A DNA stretch of 32,000 nucleotides, taken from NCBI RefSeq assembly GCF_001652585.1, contig NZ_LWLG01000002.1, forward strand, positions 90,001 to 122,000, given 5' to 3'. Of the stretch, positions 14,719 through 23,462 are shown one piece after another. Each line of letters opens with the position of its first letter. Position 1 is the stretch's first letter. The notes under the pieces are model-generated. The model searched no databases and had not been told where the DNA came from. It saw only the letters and a list, made by a program, of their open reading frames with translations. Source of the stretch: Thermosulfurimonas dismutans (GTDB lineage Bacteria > Desulfobacterota > Thermodesulfobacteria > Thermodesulfobacteriales > Thermodesulfobacteriaceae). Both the position numbers and the translations under genes were made by a program.

Positions 14719-15582
14719 TCACTTCAGAATATAGCCTGTGACTTCTATATCTTTAGGATACAGACCCTGAGGAGCCTTCTTCTTTAAAGTTTCAAGCAAA
14801 GCCTCACGGACTTTAAATATACCTTCTCGACTTCGCCAATAATAAAAAGGAATGTTCTTAAAAGCATCGAAAATGATGCCTCTTAATGGATTTTCCAGTT
14901 TTTTGGCCAAAAGGACTTGTCTCTGATTTTCAAAATAAAGAACCACGGTAGCTTTAATAAAAACCGGGGCTCCCCCTTCGCTTTGAAGAGGTATCAAAAA
15001 ATGTTTGAGCACCACTGAATACTCTACTATAGGTTTTATAGGCTGTGCCCCCAAAGGCTCTTTGGGAGTCTCAACAGGAGGTTTTTGGGGCTGTTCCTTA
15101 GAAAGGTTATCGGTAGGAACCCCCGTTAAGGGAGGCGTTTTAACCAGCTTCCACAAAGTATAAATACCTACCCCTATACCCGCAACTCCCAAGACCAATC
15201 CTATTATCATTAAAAAGGTAACAAATTTACTCTTTTTTCCTTGAGGAATCTCCGGGGCTTCTTTCTCCCGAACCTCTTCTTCCAAGGCCTTTATTAATTC
15301 GTCCGAGGACTCATCGGAAATATCCTCAGGCTCAAGAGATACGTCTGAGATTGCCTCTGAAGATCCTTTAGATTCTTCTTGAGCCTCTTCCAAGGAGGTA
15401 TCTTCTAATGAGTGTTCTGCTGGTGGCGTCTTTTCAGAGGAAGACTCTTCCAAAACATGCCCTTCCGGAAGTTTTTCATCAGAAGGAACTCCTTCGGAAG
15501 ATACCTCTTCCGTAGAGGAATTCCTTTCAGAAATAGATTCCTCTTTTGGGACCCCTTCCTTTTCCTTAATTTCTTCCGCCAA
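14719..15582 (-). CDS. FliL-domain paralog with a ~115-aa acidic S/E-rich cytoplasmic N-terminal extension
   Basis: 287 aa. TTG start with GGAG 7 nt upstream, immediately after the cheY stop. TM helix FVTFLMIIGLVLGVAGIGVGIYTLW. C-terminal VVLKHFLIPLQSEGGAPVFIKATVVLYF...LRGIIFDAF...IEVTGYILK follows the FliL-domain pattern. The 105-codon acidic region has no in-frame stop. Confidence 0.5.
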   Translation of the reverse strand: MAEEIKEKEGVPKEESISERNSSTEEVSSEGVPSDEKLPEGHVLEESSSEKTPPAEHSLEDTSLEEAQEESKGSSEAISDVSLEPEDISDESSDELIKALEEEVREKEAPEIPQGKKSKFVTFLMIIGLVLGVAGIGVGIYTLWKLVKTPPLTGVPTDNLSKEQPQKPPVETPKEPLGAQPIKPIVEYSVVLKHFLIPLQSEGGAPVFIKATVVLYFENQRQVLLAKKLENPLRGIIFDAFKNIPFYYWRSREGIFKVREALLETLKKKAPQGLYPKDIEVTGYILK

Positions 15583-15584
15583 AA

Positions 15585-15968
15585 TTAGACTCCGAAGATC
15601 TTTTCAAGTTTTTCTTTAAGAGTTTCGGGCGTAAAGGGTTTCACAATATACTGACTTACCCGATATTTGGCGGCTTCTATAATGTTTTCCTTCTGAGCCT
15701 CAGCCGTTACCATAAGAAAGGGCGTATCCTTTAATTTGTCATCTCCACGCACCTTTTTGAGGAGTTCTAGACCGCTCATTTTGGGCATGTTCCAGTCGGA
15801 AATAATAAGATCCACCGGCTCCTTTTGAAGGATTTCCCAAGCGGTAGTCCCGTCATCGGCTTCAATAATATTCTTGAAACCAAGCTGTCCTAAAATATTC
15901 TTAATAATCTTCCGCATAGTAGCAAAATCGTCCACTACTAAGATCTTCATATCAGTATTAAGCGGCAT
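15585..15968 (-). CDS. cheY: Chemotaxis response regulator CheY
   Basis: 127 aa. KILVVDDFATMRKI, LIISDWNMPKMSGLELL, FLMVTAEA and YIVKPFT motifs are a close match to canonical CheY. Confidence 0.9.
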   Translation of the reverse strand: MPLNTDMKILVVDDFATMRKIIKNILGQLGFKNIIEADDGTTAWEILQKEPVDLIISDWNMPKMSGLELLKKVRGDDKLKDTPFLMVTAEAQKENIIEAAKYRVSQYIVKPFTPETLKEKLEKIFGV

Positions 15969-15969
15969 C

Positions 15970-16752
15970 CTATCCCTCCTTTAACAGATCCTTATAATCT
16001 TCTCCTAACCTTTCTTTTAATTTAGCTCGCAACCTTAACAAGGCCTTACTATGGAGTTGAGATATACGGCTCTCCGTATAGCCTAACACCTTCCCAATTT
16101 CTTTCATCGTTAGATTTTCATAATAATAGAGAGTTATAACCAACCTTTCCTTTTCTGGCAATTCAGAAATAGCTTGAGCTAGCGCTTCGCCCAATTCTTT
16201 AAGTCCTAATTTATCAAAAGGATCGTTTTCTCCTGAATCCGAAAGAAGTTCCACCAAATCGTCTTCCTGGAGGTCTTCTATTTTGCGTTTTAGGGCTTCA
16301 ATATCCACAAAAGAGATTCCTTTAACTTCCTCTAGCAATCGATAGTAAGCCTCAAGGGAAATTCCCAGTTCTTTAGCAATCTCTTCGTCTTCTGCAGGAC
16401 GGCCTAAACGGTTTTCGAGCTCAATTATGGTCTTTTCTAGCTTAGCGGCTTTTTCTCTCACTGAACGGGGGACCCAATCAAGATTCCGCAATTCATCTAA
16501 CATGGCTCCTCGGATACGAAATTCGGCAAAGGTCTTGAATTGAATATTGCGCGAAGGATCAAACCTCTGAGCAGCTTCGATTAGGCCTATGATTCCCGCC
16601 ACTACCAGATCTTCTTGATCTAGACTAGCCGGAAGTCGGCCAGCAAACCGCCCGGCAAGATATTTTATCAAAGAAAGATGTTCGAAAATAAGCTCTTCTG
16701 TACTCTTGTTCCGAAAATAATTTCTCATGCCACTCGAAAGGTTTCCGACCAC
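15970..16752 (-). CDS. fliA: Flagellar RNA polymerase sigma factor FliA (sigma-28)
   Basis: Sigma-70 family regions 2-4: DLVVAGIIGLIEAAQRFD, FKTFAEFRIRGAMLDELR and LTMKEIGKVLGYTESRISQLHSKAL. The ORF track start is a GTG at 16752. The ATG at 16728 forms an ATGA overlap with the flhG stop and may be the true start. Confidence 0.9.
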   Translation of the reverse strand: MVGNLSSGMRNYFRNKSTEELIFEHLSLIKYLAGRFAGRLPASLDQEDLVVAGIIGLIEAAQRFDPSRNIQFKTFAEFRIRGAMLDELRNLDWVPRSVREKAAKLEKTIIELENRLGRPAEDEEIAKELGISLEAYYRLLEEVKGISFVDIEALKRKIEDLQEDDLVELLSDSGENDPFDKLGLKELGEALAQAISELPEKERLVITLYYYENLTMKEIGKVLGYTESRISQLHSKALLRLRAKLKERLGEDYKDLLKEG

Positions 16753-17519
16753 AGGGCCTCAAGTCCTCCCTGAATTTCGGGTTTTAGCTTGAGGAGTTTT
16801 TCACAAACCGCCATGAGATCCTGACTGACTTTGGCTTCCGGGCAAACTGTGAGAAAGGGTTCTTGTTTCCTAACCGCCTGGGTTACACAGGGATCTTCCC
16901 TCAATCCTCCCAAAAAAGTAAGACCAATGGGCCCCAAAAAGCGCTCTACCACCCTAGAGACTTGTTGATAAACCGCTTTCCCCTCCCTAACCTCTTTGAG
17001 CATGTTGACTAGAAAATAGAAACGTTTGACTTGATAACGACGGAATAGGACCTTTATAAGGGCATAGGCATCCGCCATAGCGGTAGGCTCGGGGGTCGTA
17101 ATAACAATCCTTTCTTGAGCTACAAGATTGAAAAACAGCACATTGTCTGCAATACCGGCCGAAAGATCAAAAAAAAGAAAATCGATCCCCTGCGTAACCT
17201 CCTCAAACTGGTCTTTCAACATGAGCTTTTCTGAAGGATCCAGCCTAGTTAGTTCTACCACTCCGGAACTTGCCGGAATGACTCCAAAACCGTAATCCGT
17301 CCAGATAGTGATCTCCTGAAGGGTGGCCTCTCCAGAAAGTACGTCCCTGATATCCTTTTTAGGAGAAAGCCCCAAGAGGACATCTACGTTGGCAAGTCCT
17401 AAATCGGCATCAAATATCAGGACTTTATAGCCCTTTTTAACCAAGGCTAGGGCCAGATTGGAGACTACATTAGTCTTTCCGACCCCACCTTTTCCGCTTG
17501 AAACCGCGATTATACGCAT
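16725..17519 (-). CDS. flhG: MinD/ParA-type flagellar number regulator FlhG (FleN/YlxH)
   Basis: Deviant Walker A SSGKGGVGKTN starts at residue 7. IFDADLGLANVDVLLG motif. Positioned between flhF and fliA. AGGAGG SD upstream of the ATG at 17519. Confidence 0.85.
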   Translation of the reverse strand: MRIIAVSSGKGGVGKTNVVSNLALALVKKGYKVLIFDADLGLANVDVLLGLSPKKDIRDVLSGEATLQEITIWTDYGFGVIPASSGVVELTRLDPSEKLMLKDQFEEVTQGIDFLFFDLSAGIADNVLFFNLVAQERIVITTPEPTAMADAYALIKVLFRRYQVKRFYFLVNMLKEVREGKAVYQQVSRVVERFLGPIGLTFLGGLREDPCVTQAVRKQEPFLTVCPEAKVSQDLMAVCEKLLKLKPEIQGGLEALWSETFRVA

Positions 17520-17533
17520 TTAATCCTCCTTCT

Positions 17534-18517
17534 TTATTTTAAATCACAAATAGCCTCAAGGCCACGCATAAAAATTCTTTCTAAGATATCCGGAGTTGCC
17601 CGAGCTAAATCTTCAGGCACCTTATCTCCCAAAGAAACAAAACTTATGGGAGGAAAACCGTTGTTCAGCAGAAACCCCAAGGCTATCCCTAAGGTCAACC
17701 TATCGAGGTGGGTTAAAACCAGACCTTCCACCGGAAGGATCTTCAATTCTTCGAGAAAGCGAAGAATTTCGCGAGGATTTTCCACGCTCTTTATAACGGC
17801 CTGAATCCGGGCGTAAGGCAAGGCCTCTAAGAGGATTTTTATATCTTCCCGGCGAAAGGACCTTCCCCAAGAAGGGGTATCCAGGAGTAGATATTCGAAA
17901 TATGAAGAAAAGGACTTTATCTCTTCGCTGTCTTCCAAAGTGGTGACCATGACCGGAATCTCAAGGAGTTCTCCCAGACGAAGGGCCTGAGCTTTAGCTC
18001 CGATACGCTTTCCATCCAACGAAATCATGCCCACCATGGCCTTACGGCGATATTTAAGCCAGGAAGCAATTTTAAAGAGACTGGTAGTCTTACCGGAACC
18101 AGGAGGACCGATAAAGATCTGGATTCTGGAAAAAGGAGATTCTTTTCTTTGGGCCACCTTGGCTCGTATCCAAGAAAGTGGATCTTCTATTTCTCGAGCA
18201 ACTTCAGGAGGAAGACCGGCTTCAAGTAGTCGAATATAACGGCTGCGCTTCAACTTTTCTGAAAGGAGATCCTCAAGCATCCTTTTGATTCCGGAGATTT
18301 CCTCTTTTAAAGTAGCTAGATCGCTATTTCCATAATCTTGCGCCCGGCGATTAAAATCGTCCGGCTTTTTATCTACGGCGGCCGTAAGTTCGTAAAGAAG
18401 TTCCCCGTTGACCTCAACCCTTCGAGAAGAAAGAATAAGGGCCTCCTCGCCAAGCTCCTTTTTGACTTCATTCAAAACCTCAAGAGCGTTCTTGCCCCGA
18501 AACTTTTTAATCCTCAC
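17534..18517 (-). CDS. flhF: Flagellar biosynthesis SRP-type GTPase FlhF (divergent G3/G4 motifs)
   Basis: N-terminal MRIKKFRGKNALEVLNEVKKELGEEALIL (FlhF B-domain style). G1 GPPGSGKTT. DTPSWGR where DTAGR is expected. LTHLDR where TKLDE is expected. Positioned between flhA and flhG. Confidence 0.8.
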   Translation of the reverse strand: MRIKKFRGKNALEVLNEVKKELGEEALILSSRRVEVNGELLYELTAAVDKKPDDFNRRAQDYGNSDLATLKEEISGIKRMLEDLLSEKLKRSRYIRLLEAGLPPEVAREIEDPLSWIRAKVAQRKESPFSRIQIFIGPPGSGKTTSLFKIASWLKYRRKAMVGMISLDGKRIGAKAQALRLGELLEIPVMVTTLEDSEEIKSFSSYFEYLLLDTPSWGRSFRREDIKILLEALPYARIQAVIKSVENPREILRFLEELKILPVEGLVLTHLDRLTLGIALGFLLNNGFPPISFVSLGDKVPEDLARATPDILERIFMRGLEAICDLK

Positions 18518-20588
18518 GGCCCATCCTCACGGTTTCGAGTATTTCTACCGTTACCTCCGATGGTATTTCAGCATGAGAAAGGACCACCGCCTGTGGCAGA
18601 CTCCTTTCGATGAGCTTCCGCAGGTGTCTCCTTACGGTGGGCGTGGCAAGGAAAACCGGGTGATATCCGGCATGAACCATCCTTTCAGCCGCCTGGGAAA
18701 GAATAGCCACTATACGGCTTCCCAACCGAGGTTCTATAAGAAGAAACATACCTTCAGAGGTTCGCTGAAGCGCCCTTCGAATGGTGTCCTCTATATCCTC
18801 CCCTACGGCTACCACATGAAGTTTGCCGGAAGGATCTAAATAAGGCTTTACGATAACCCTGGCAAGTCTTTGTCTTACATATTCGGTAAGAGTATCCGGA
18901 TCTTTGATCTTCTCGCCATAGTCGGTAATAGTCTCCACAATCGTCAAGAGATCCCTAATAGGTATGCCTTCCCTTACCAGGTTCTGAAGGACCTTCTGAA
19001 CGATCCCAAGGTTTACGACTTCAAGACATTCCTCCACCACCTTAGGATACTGACGGGAAAGACCGTCAAGGAGTTTCTGAACTTCCTGACGGGTAAGGAG
19101 CTCGTCTGCATGGCGTTTGATTACTTCTGCAAAATGGGTCACGATAACCGTGGAAAGGTTGACCACAGTATAACCTTTGGCCTCGGCATCATCCTTCTTG
19201 TCTTCCGGAATCCAAAAGGCCTGAAGACCGAAGGCCGGCTCCCGGGTAGGAATAGCCCCCTCGATCTCCGGAGCCCGTTCATCCGGAGCCATAGCCAAAT
19301 AATGGCCAGGCATAAGTTCCGCCCGAGCCACCTCTACTCCTTTTATCAAAATGGCATATTCCGCAGGTTTAAGTTGTAGATTGTCCCTTACATGGATGGG
19401 AGGAATAACGATGCCCATTTCCAGGGCAAATTGTTTTCGTAGATTCTTGATGCGCTCAAGGAGGTCGCCTCCCTGAGCTTCATCCACCAAAGAAATCAGG
19501 GCATACCCCACTTCAATGCCCAGAAGATCAAGGGGAAGCAAATTCTCCACTTCTTCGGTAGGTGGTGTCGGGACTTCCTCCTCAGGCTTTTCTTCCACAG
19601 GCACTTCTTTCTTTATCTGATAAGAAACATAGGCCAGACCTCCTACCCCAAAGGCCAAAACGGTAAACGGGAGCGTGGGCAATCCCGGAAGAAGGCCAAC
19701 AAAGAAAATGGCCAAAGCCGCCATAGCTAGGGCCTCGGGACGGGCGGAAAACTGACGAGCAAAATCTCGGCCCATACCCGATTCAGAGGCCGCTCGGCTC
19801 ACAATAATACCCGCTGAAGTAGAAACAATAAGGGCCGGAATTTGAGAAACCAGACCGTCTCCAATAGTAAGAAGAGTATAAGAACGGGCCGCCTCGGAGA
19901 GGGACAAACCTTTTTGAAGAATACCTATTACCAGTCCGGCCACAATATTGATGCTAGTAATGATGAGACCGGCCACGGCTTCGCCGCGGACAAACTTACT
20001 GGCACCATCCATAGCCCCATAAAACTCGGCCTCCTTCCGAATCTCCTCTCGACGCCGCCGGGCTTCGGATTCATCAATAAGACCCGCGTTGAGATCGGCA
20101 TCAATGGCCATCTGTTTCCCAGGCATGGCATCCAAGGTAAAACGTGCGGCCACCTCCGCAATTCGGCCGGCGCCCTTGGTGATCACCACAAAGTTGATGA
20201 TCACCAAAATGGCAAAAACGATGGCTCCTACCACATAGTTGCCTCCCACTACAAACTGACCGAAACTCATGATCACTTTACCGGCCGCCCAAGGCCCCTC
20301 GTGACCGTGAAGGAGAATCAAACGAGTGGTGGCAATGTTCAATGATAGACGATAAAGGGTAGTGATCAGTAACAGGGCGGGGAAGGCCGTAAAATCAAGA
20401 GGTTTCACAATATACATAGACATAAGAAGCACCGTTAGAGAAACGGTAAAACTCAAGGCCAAAAGGATATCCATGAGGGTGCGAGGCACCGGGAAGACCA
20501 TGATGGTAAGGAGACCTACCACACCCGCAGCCACGATGGCGTTGCTAAGGTCAAGATATTGACGGAGAGTCGTCGCTTTTTCGGCCAT
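18507..20588 (-). CDS. flhA: Flagellar type III export gate protein FlhA
   Basis: 693 aa. N-terminal TM domain with the FHIPEP-type segment GAGRIAEVAARFTLDAMPGKQMAIDADLNAG, and a large cytoplasmic C-terminal domain. Confidence 0.97.
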   Translation of the reverse strand: MAEKATTLRQYLDLSNAIVAAGVVGLLTIMVFPVPRTLMDILLALSFTVSLTVLLMSMYIVKPLDFTAFPALLLITTLYRLSLNIATTRLILLHGHEGPWAAGKVIMSFGQFVVGGNYVVGAIVFAILVIINFVVITKGAGRIAEVAARFTLDAMPGKQMAIDADLNAGLIDESEARRRREEIRKEAEFYGAMDGASKFVRGEAVAGLIITSINIVAGLVIGILQKGLSLSEAARSYTLLTIGDGLVSQIPALIVSTSAGIIVSRAASESGMGRDFARQFSARPEALAMAALAIFFVGLLPGLPTLPFTVLAFGVGGLAYVSYQIKKEVPVEEKPEEEVPTPPTEEVENLLPLDLLGIEVGYALISLVDEAQGGDLLERIKNLRKQFALEMGIVIPPIHVRDNLQLKPAEYAILIKGVEVARAELMPGHYLAMAPDERAPEIEGAIPTREPAFGLQAFWIPEDKKDDAEAKGYTVVNLSTVIVTHFAEVIKRHADELLTRQEVQKLLDGLSRQYPKVVEECLEVVNLGIVQKVLQNLVREGIPIRDLLTIVETITDYGEKIKDPDTLTEYVRQRLARVIVKPYLDPSGKLHVVAVGEDIEDTIRRALQRTSEGMFLLIEPRLGSRIVAILSQAAERMVHAGYHPVFLATPTVRRHLRKLIERSLPQAVVLSHAEIPSEVTVEILETVRMGRED

Positions 20589-21655
20589 CAGTGCACCCTC
20601 TTACCTTTCAGCTTGTATACATAGGCCAAGACTTTGGCCACAGCCTTATAAAGATCTTCTGGAATGTATTCCTCGACCTCTACCCTGGCATAGATGAGAC
20701 GGGCTAAGGGAGGATCTTCCACTATGGGAACACCATGGTCCCGAGCTATTTCTTTTATCTTCTGGGCCAAAAATCCCCTACCTTTGGCCACTACCTGGGG
20801 AGCTGGCATTTCTCCCAGTTTATACTTCAGGGCCACTGCCACATGGTCCGGGTTGGTAATAACCACATCGGCCTTGGGGACCTCGGCCATCATGCGTTTA
20901 CGAGCCATCTCTCTCTGGATCTGACGTATCTTGGCCTTAAGCCAGGGATCACCCTCGGTCTGTTTAAGTTCTTCCTTGAGTTCCTCTCGGGTCATCTTGA
21001 GCTTCCTCTCCACTTCCCATCGCTGAAAGAAAAAGTCAAAAACCGCCAAGACCGATAGAGCCATTAGCAATTTGAAGACCAAATCCCGAGAGAGAGAATA
21101 GATCCCCTGCCCCACCTTCCAAAGATCTTCTCCTAAAAGGGCCAAAATTTCCTCTTGATGTTTACGAATCACTAAATAAGCCACTACAGAGATAATAACG
21201 ATCTTCAAAATAGACTTGGCGAGCTCCACTAAGGATGGAAGGGAAAAAAGACGTTTAAAGCCTTCGACTGGATTTATCCGTTCAGCTTTGGGAGCGAGGG
21301 CCTCCCAGGCCGCTACCCCTCCGGTCTGGGCAAAATGAGAGAGCAAGGAAATAACTATCAGAAAAAACATCAGAGGTAAAACACTGAGAATCCCAAATTT
21401 GAGGGCATATTTAAAGCTAAGGTAGGCTCCCTGGAGATCAAAAGTGGGAAATGGCCTCCCCAAAAAAAATCTTAGGGCGTAAAAAAGCTGCGTAAGCATA
21501 AAGGTTCCGCTTAGCATAAAAGCAAGGAGTCCTCCACCTATAACCGCAACCGCAGCCAGTTCTCGACTGCGGGCCACCTGTCCGCGTTTTCGGGCCTCCT
21601 CACGCCTCCGTGGTGTAGGTTCCTCGGTTCTTTCCTGAAGTGGTTCCTCAGGCAT
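20588..21655 (-). CDS. flhB: Flagellar export switch protein FlhB
   Basis: 355 aa. N-terminal EERTEEPTPRRREEARKRGQVARSREL, four TM helices, and an autocleavage-site region VVITNPDHVAVALKY. Confidence 0.95.
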   Translation of the reverse strand: MPEEPLQERTEEPTPRRREEARKRGQVARSRELAAVAVIGGGLLAFMLSGTFMLTQLFYALRFFLGRPFPTFDLQGAYLSFKYALKFGILSVLPLMFFLIVISLLSHFAQTGGVAAWEALAPKAERINPVEGFKRLFSLPSLVELAKSILKIVIISVVAYLVIRKHQEEILALLGEDLWKVGQGIYSLSRDLVFKLLMALSVLAVFDFFFQRWEVERKLKMTREELKEELKQTEGDPWLKAKIRQIQREMARKRMMAEVPKADVVITNPDHVAVALKYKLGEMPAPQVVAKGRGFLAQKIKEIARDHGVPIVEDPPLARLIYARVEVEEYIPEDLYKAVAKVLAYVYKLKGKRVH

Positions 21656-21657
21656 CT

Positions 21658-22443
21658 CTAACTTCCGAAAGACTTAAGTATGGCCGGAAAGAGCCCTACA
21701 GCCCGAGCAAAGGCCGGAGAAAGCACCTTTGGAATCAGCATCAACGTAAGCCCAAAAAAGAAAAGTCCTACCCCGATGGTGAGTGGAAAACTCACAAGCA
21801 TGATATTTATCTGAGGCACAAATCGGGAAACAATGCCTAGGGCCAGCTGCACTAGAAACATGATAGCCAGCAGGGGAGCCAAAATTTTGAGGGAGATCAC
21901 GAACAGGGTTACCCCTTCTCTGACGAGAAAAAGGAAGATCTTCGAATTCAGTCCGAGAGAGCCTGGAGGAAAATGTCTTAAACCTTCCCCCAGGGCCAGT
22001 ATAAAGGGATGGTGGAGATTGAAGGTCAAAAAAAGGAGAAAGGCCGTAAGATAGGTAAGTTGCGCTAGGACGGGAGACTGCACTCCGGTTACAGGGTCAA
22101 TAACCTGGGCCACTCCGAAACCGATTTGCATCCCGACCAGTTCTCCCCCAAGCTGGATACCGGCGAAGATAAACCGCAAGACAAGTGCCAAAGAGAACCC
22201 CAATAAAGCTTCGGGAATAATTAAGAGTAAACATTGATAGATCTCTGTGGGAGGTTCTACGGCATAAGGAACGCTAAAGACCAAAATCAAGGAAAGTACA
22301 AGCGAAAGAGCGGCTTTTATAGGGGCTGGAACTATCGAAGTTCCCACAAGAGGCATAAAAAATAGGAAGAAGGCTACCCGAACTAAAACTAAAACAAAGG
22401 TAAAGGATAGAGGCACCAGTTGCGAAAAGAGATCCATCGTCAT
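21658..22443 (-). CDS. fliR: Flagellar export apparatus protein FliR
   Basis: 261-aa polytopic membrane protein in the conserved position between fliQ and flhB. Confidence 0.9.
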   Translation of the reverse strand: MTMDLFSQLVPLSFTFVLVLVRVAFFLFFMPLVGTSIVPAPIKAALSLVLSLILVFSVPYAVEPPTEIYQCLLLIIPEALLGFSLALVLRFIFAGIQLGGELVGMQIGFGVAQVIDPVTGVQSPVLAQLTYLTAFLLFLTFNLHHPFILALGEGLRHFPPGSLGLNSKIFLFLVREGVTLFVISLKILAPLLAIMFLVQLALGIVSRFVPQINIMLVSFPLTIGVGLFFFGLTLMLIPKVLSPAFARAVGLFPAILKSFGS

Positions 22444-22712
22444 TTAATAAGCCCCGGAAGTCCCAGGATGATATTTTCGGTGAATTCAAGAAGCTTTTGC
22501 ATCATCCAGGGGAAGGCCACCAGTAAGGCCAGCATAACAGCCACGATTTTGGGCACGAAAGTCAAGGTCATCTCTTGAATCTGGGTGACCGCCTGGAAAA
22601 TACTGATGATAAGGCCTACCACAAGTCCCGCCAGGAGCATGGGGGCTGAAATAAGGAGAGTGAGTTCCACCGCCTGTCTGGCAAGATGGATCACCGTAGC
22701 TTCGGTCATCAC
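22440..22712 (-). CDS. fliQ: Flagellar export apparatus protein FliQ
   Basis: 90 aa with two TM helices. GLVVGLIISIFQAVTQIQEMTLTFVPKI is the typical FliQ core. 4-nt overlap with fliR. Confidence 0.9.
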   Translation of the reverse strand: MMTEATVIHLARQAVELTLLISAPMLLAGLVVGLIISIFQAVTQIQEMTLTFVPKIVAVMLALLVAFPWMMQKLLEFTENIILGLPGLIK

Positions 22713-22721
22713 CGATCCTCC

Positions 22722-23462
22722 TTAAAAGAAACTCTTAGCCAAGGAGCCCACTAGGATATTCCAGCCATCTACCAAAACAAAAAGTAAAAGTTTCATAGGA
22801 AGAGAAACCATCATCGGGGGAAGCATGAGCATTCCCATAGAAAGAAGCACGCTTGAGACCACCATATCAATAATCAAAAAGGGAATGTAAAGCAAAAAGC
22901 CTATCTCAAAGGCTGTCCGAAGCTCACTTATCATGAAGGCCGGAATAAGGGTCAGGATGGAGACCTCTTCCGGGCTTTGAGGCCGTTTCTCCCCTCGAAG
23001 TCTCACAAAAAGGGCCAGATCCTTTTCTCTGGTGTTCTTGAGCATAAAGGTCCGAAAGGGCTTAATAGCCTCTTGGAACATTTCAGCCTCGGTAAGTTGA
23101 TGATCAAAATAAGGTTGGATAGCCCGATTATAGGTCTCTCTAAAGACCGGAGCCATAATAAAGAAAGTCAGAAAAAGGGCTAAGGCAATGAGAACTTGGT
23201 TAGGAGGGGTTTGTTGAGTTCCCAAAGCATGCCTCAAAAGACTGAAGACCACCACCAGTCTGGTAAAAGAGGTGAGCATAAGCAAAAGGGCGGGAGCCAC
23301 GGAAAGAATGGTGAGAAGAAGGAGTATCTGAAGTACCGGGGCCACCTGTTCCGGACCTTTAGCGGGCTCCAAAGAAAACTTCACCGTGGGAAGGGTGACC
23401 GCCAGGGCCGACGAGGCAATCAACATTAATCCTATGAGGGAAAGGCTAAGCCTCCTTAACAT
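22722..23462 (-). CDS. fliP: Flagellar export apparatus protein FliP
   Basis: 246 aa. Signal-like N-terminus, then LTSFTRLVVVFSLLRHALGTQQTPPNQVLIALALFLTFFIMAPV and FLLYIPFLIIDMVVSSVLLSMGMLMLPP. Confidence 0.95.
   Translation of the reverse strand: MLRRLSLSLIGLMLIASSALAVTLPTVKFSLEPAKGPEQVAPVLQILLLLTILSVAPALLLMLTSFTRLVVVFSLLRHALGTQQTPPNQVLIALALFLTFFIMAPVFRETYNRAIQPYFDHQLTEAEMFQEAIKPFRTFMLKNTREKDLALFVRLRGEKRPQSPEEVSILTLIPAFMISELRTAFEIGFLLYIPFLIIDMVVSSVLLSMGMLMLPPMMVSLPMKLLLFVLVDGWNILVGSLAKSFF

Noticed and set aside
18870-20345. Long plus-strand ORFs 18870..19379 (169 aa) and 19842..20345 (167 aa)
   Set aside because: They are antisense shadows inside flhA, whose minus-strand product is unmistakable.
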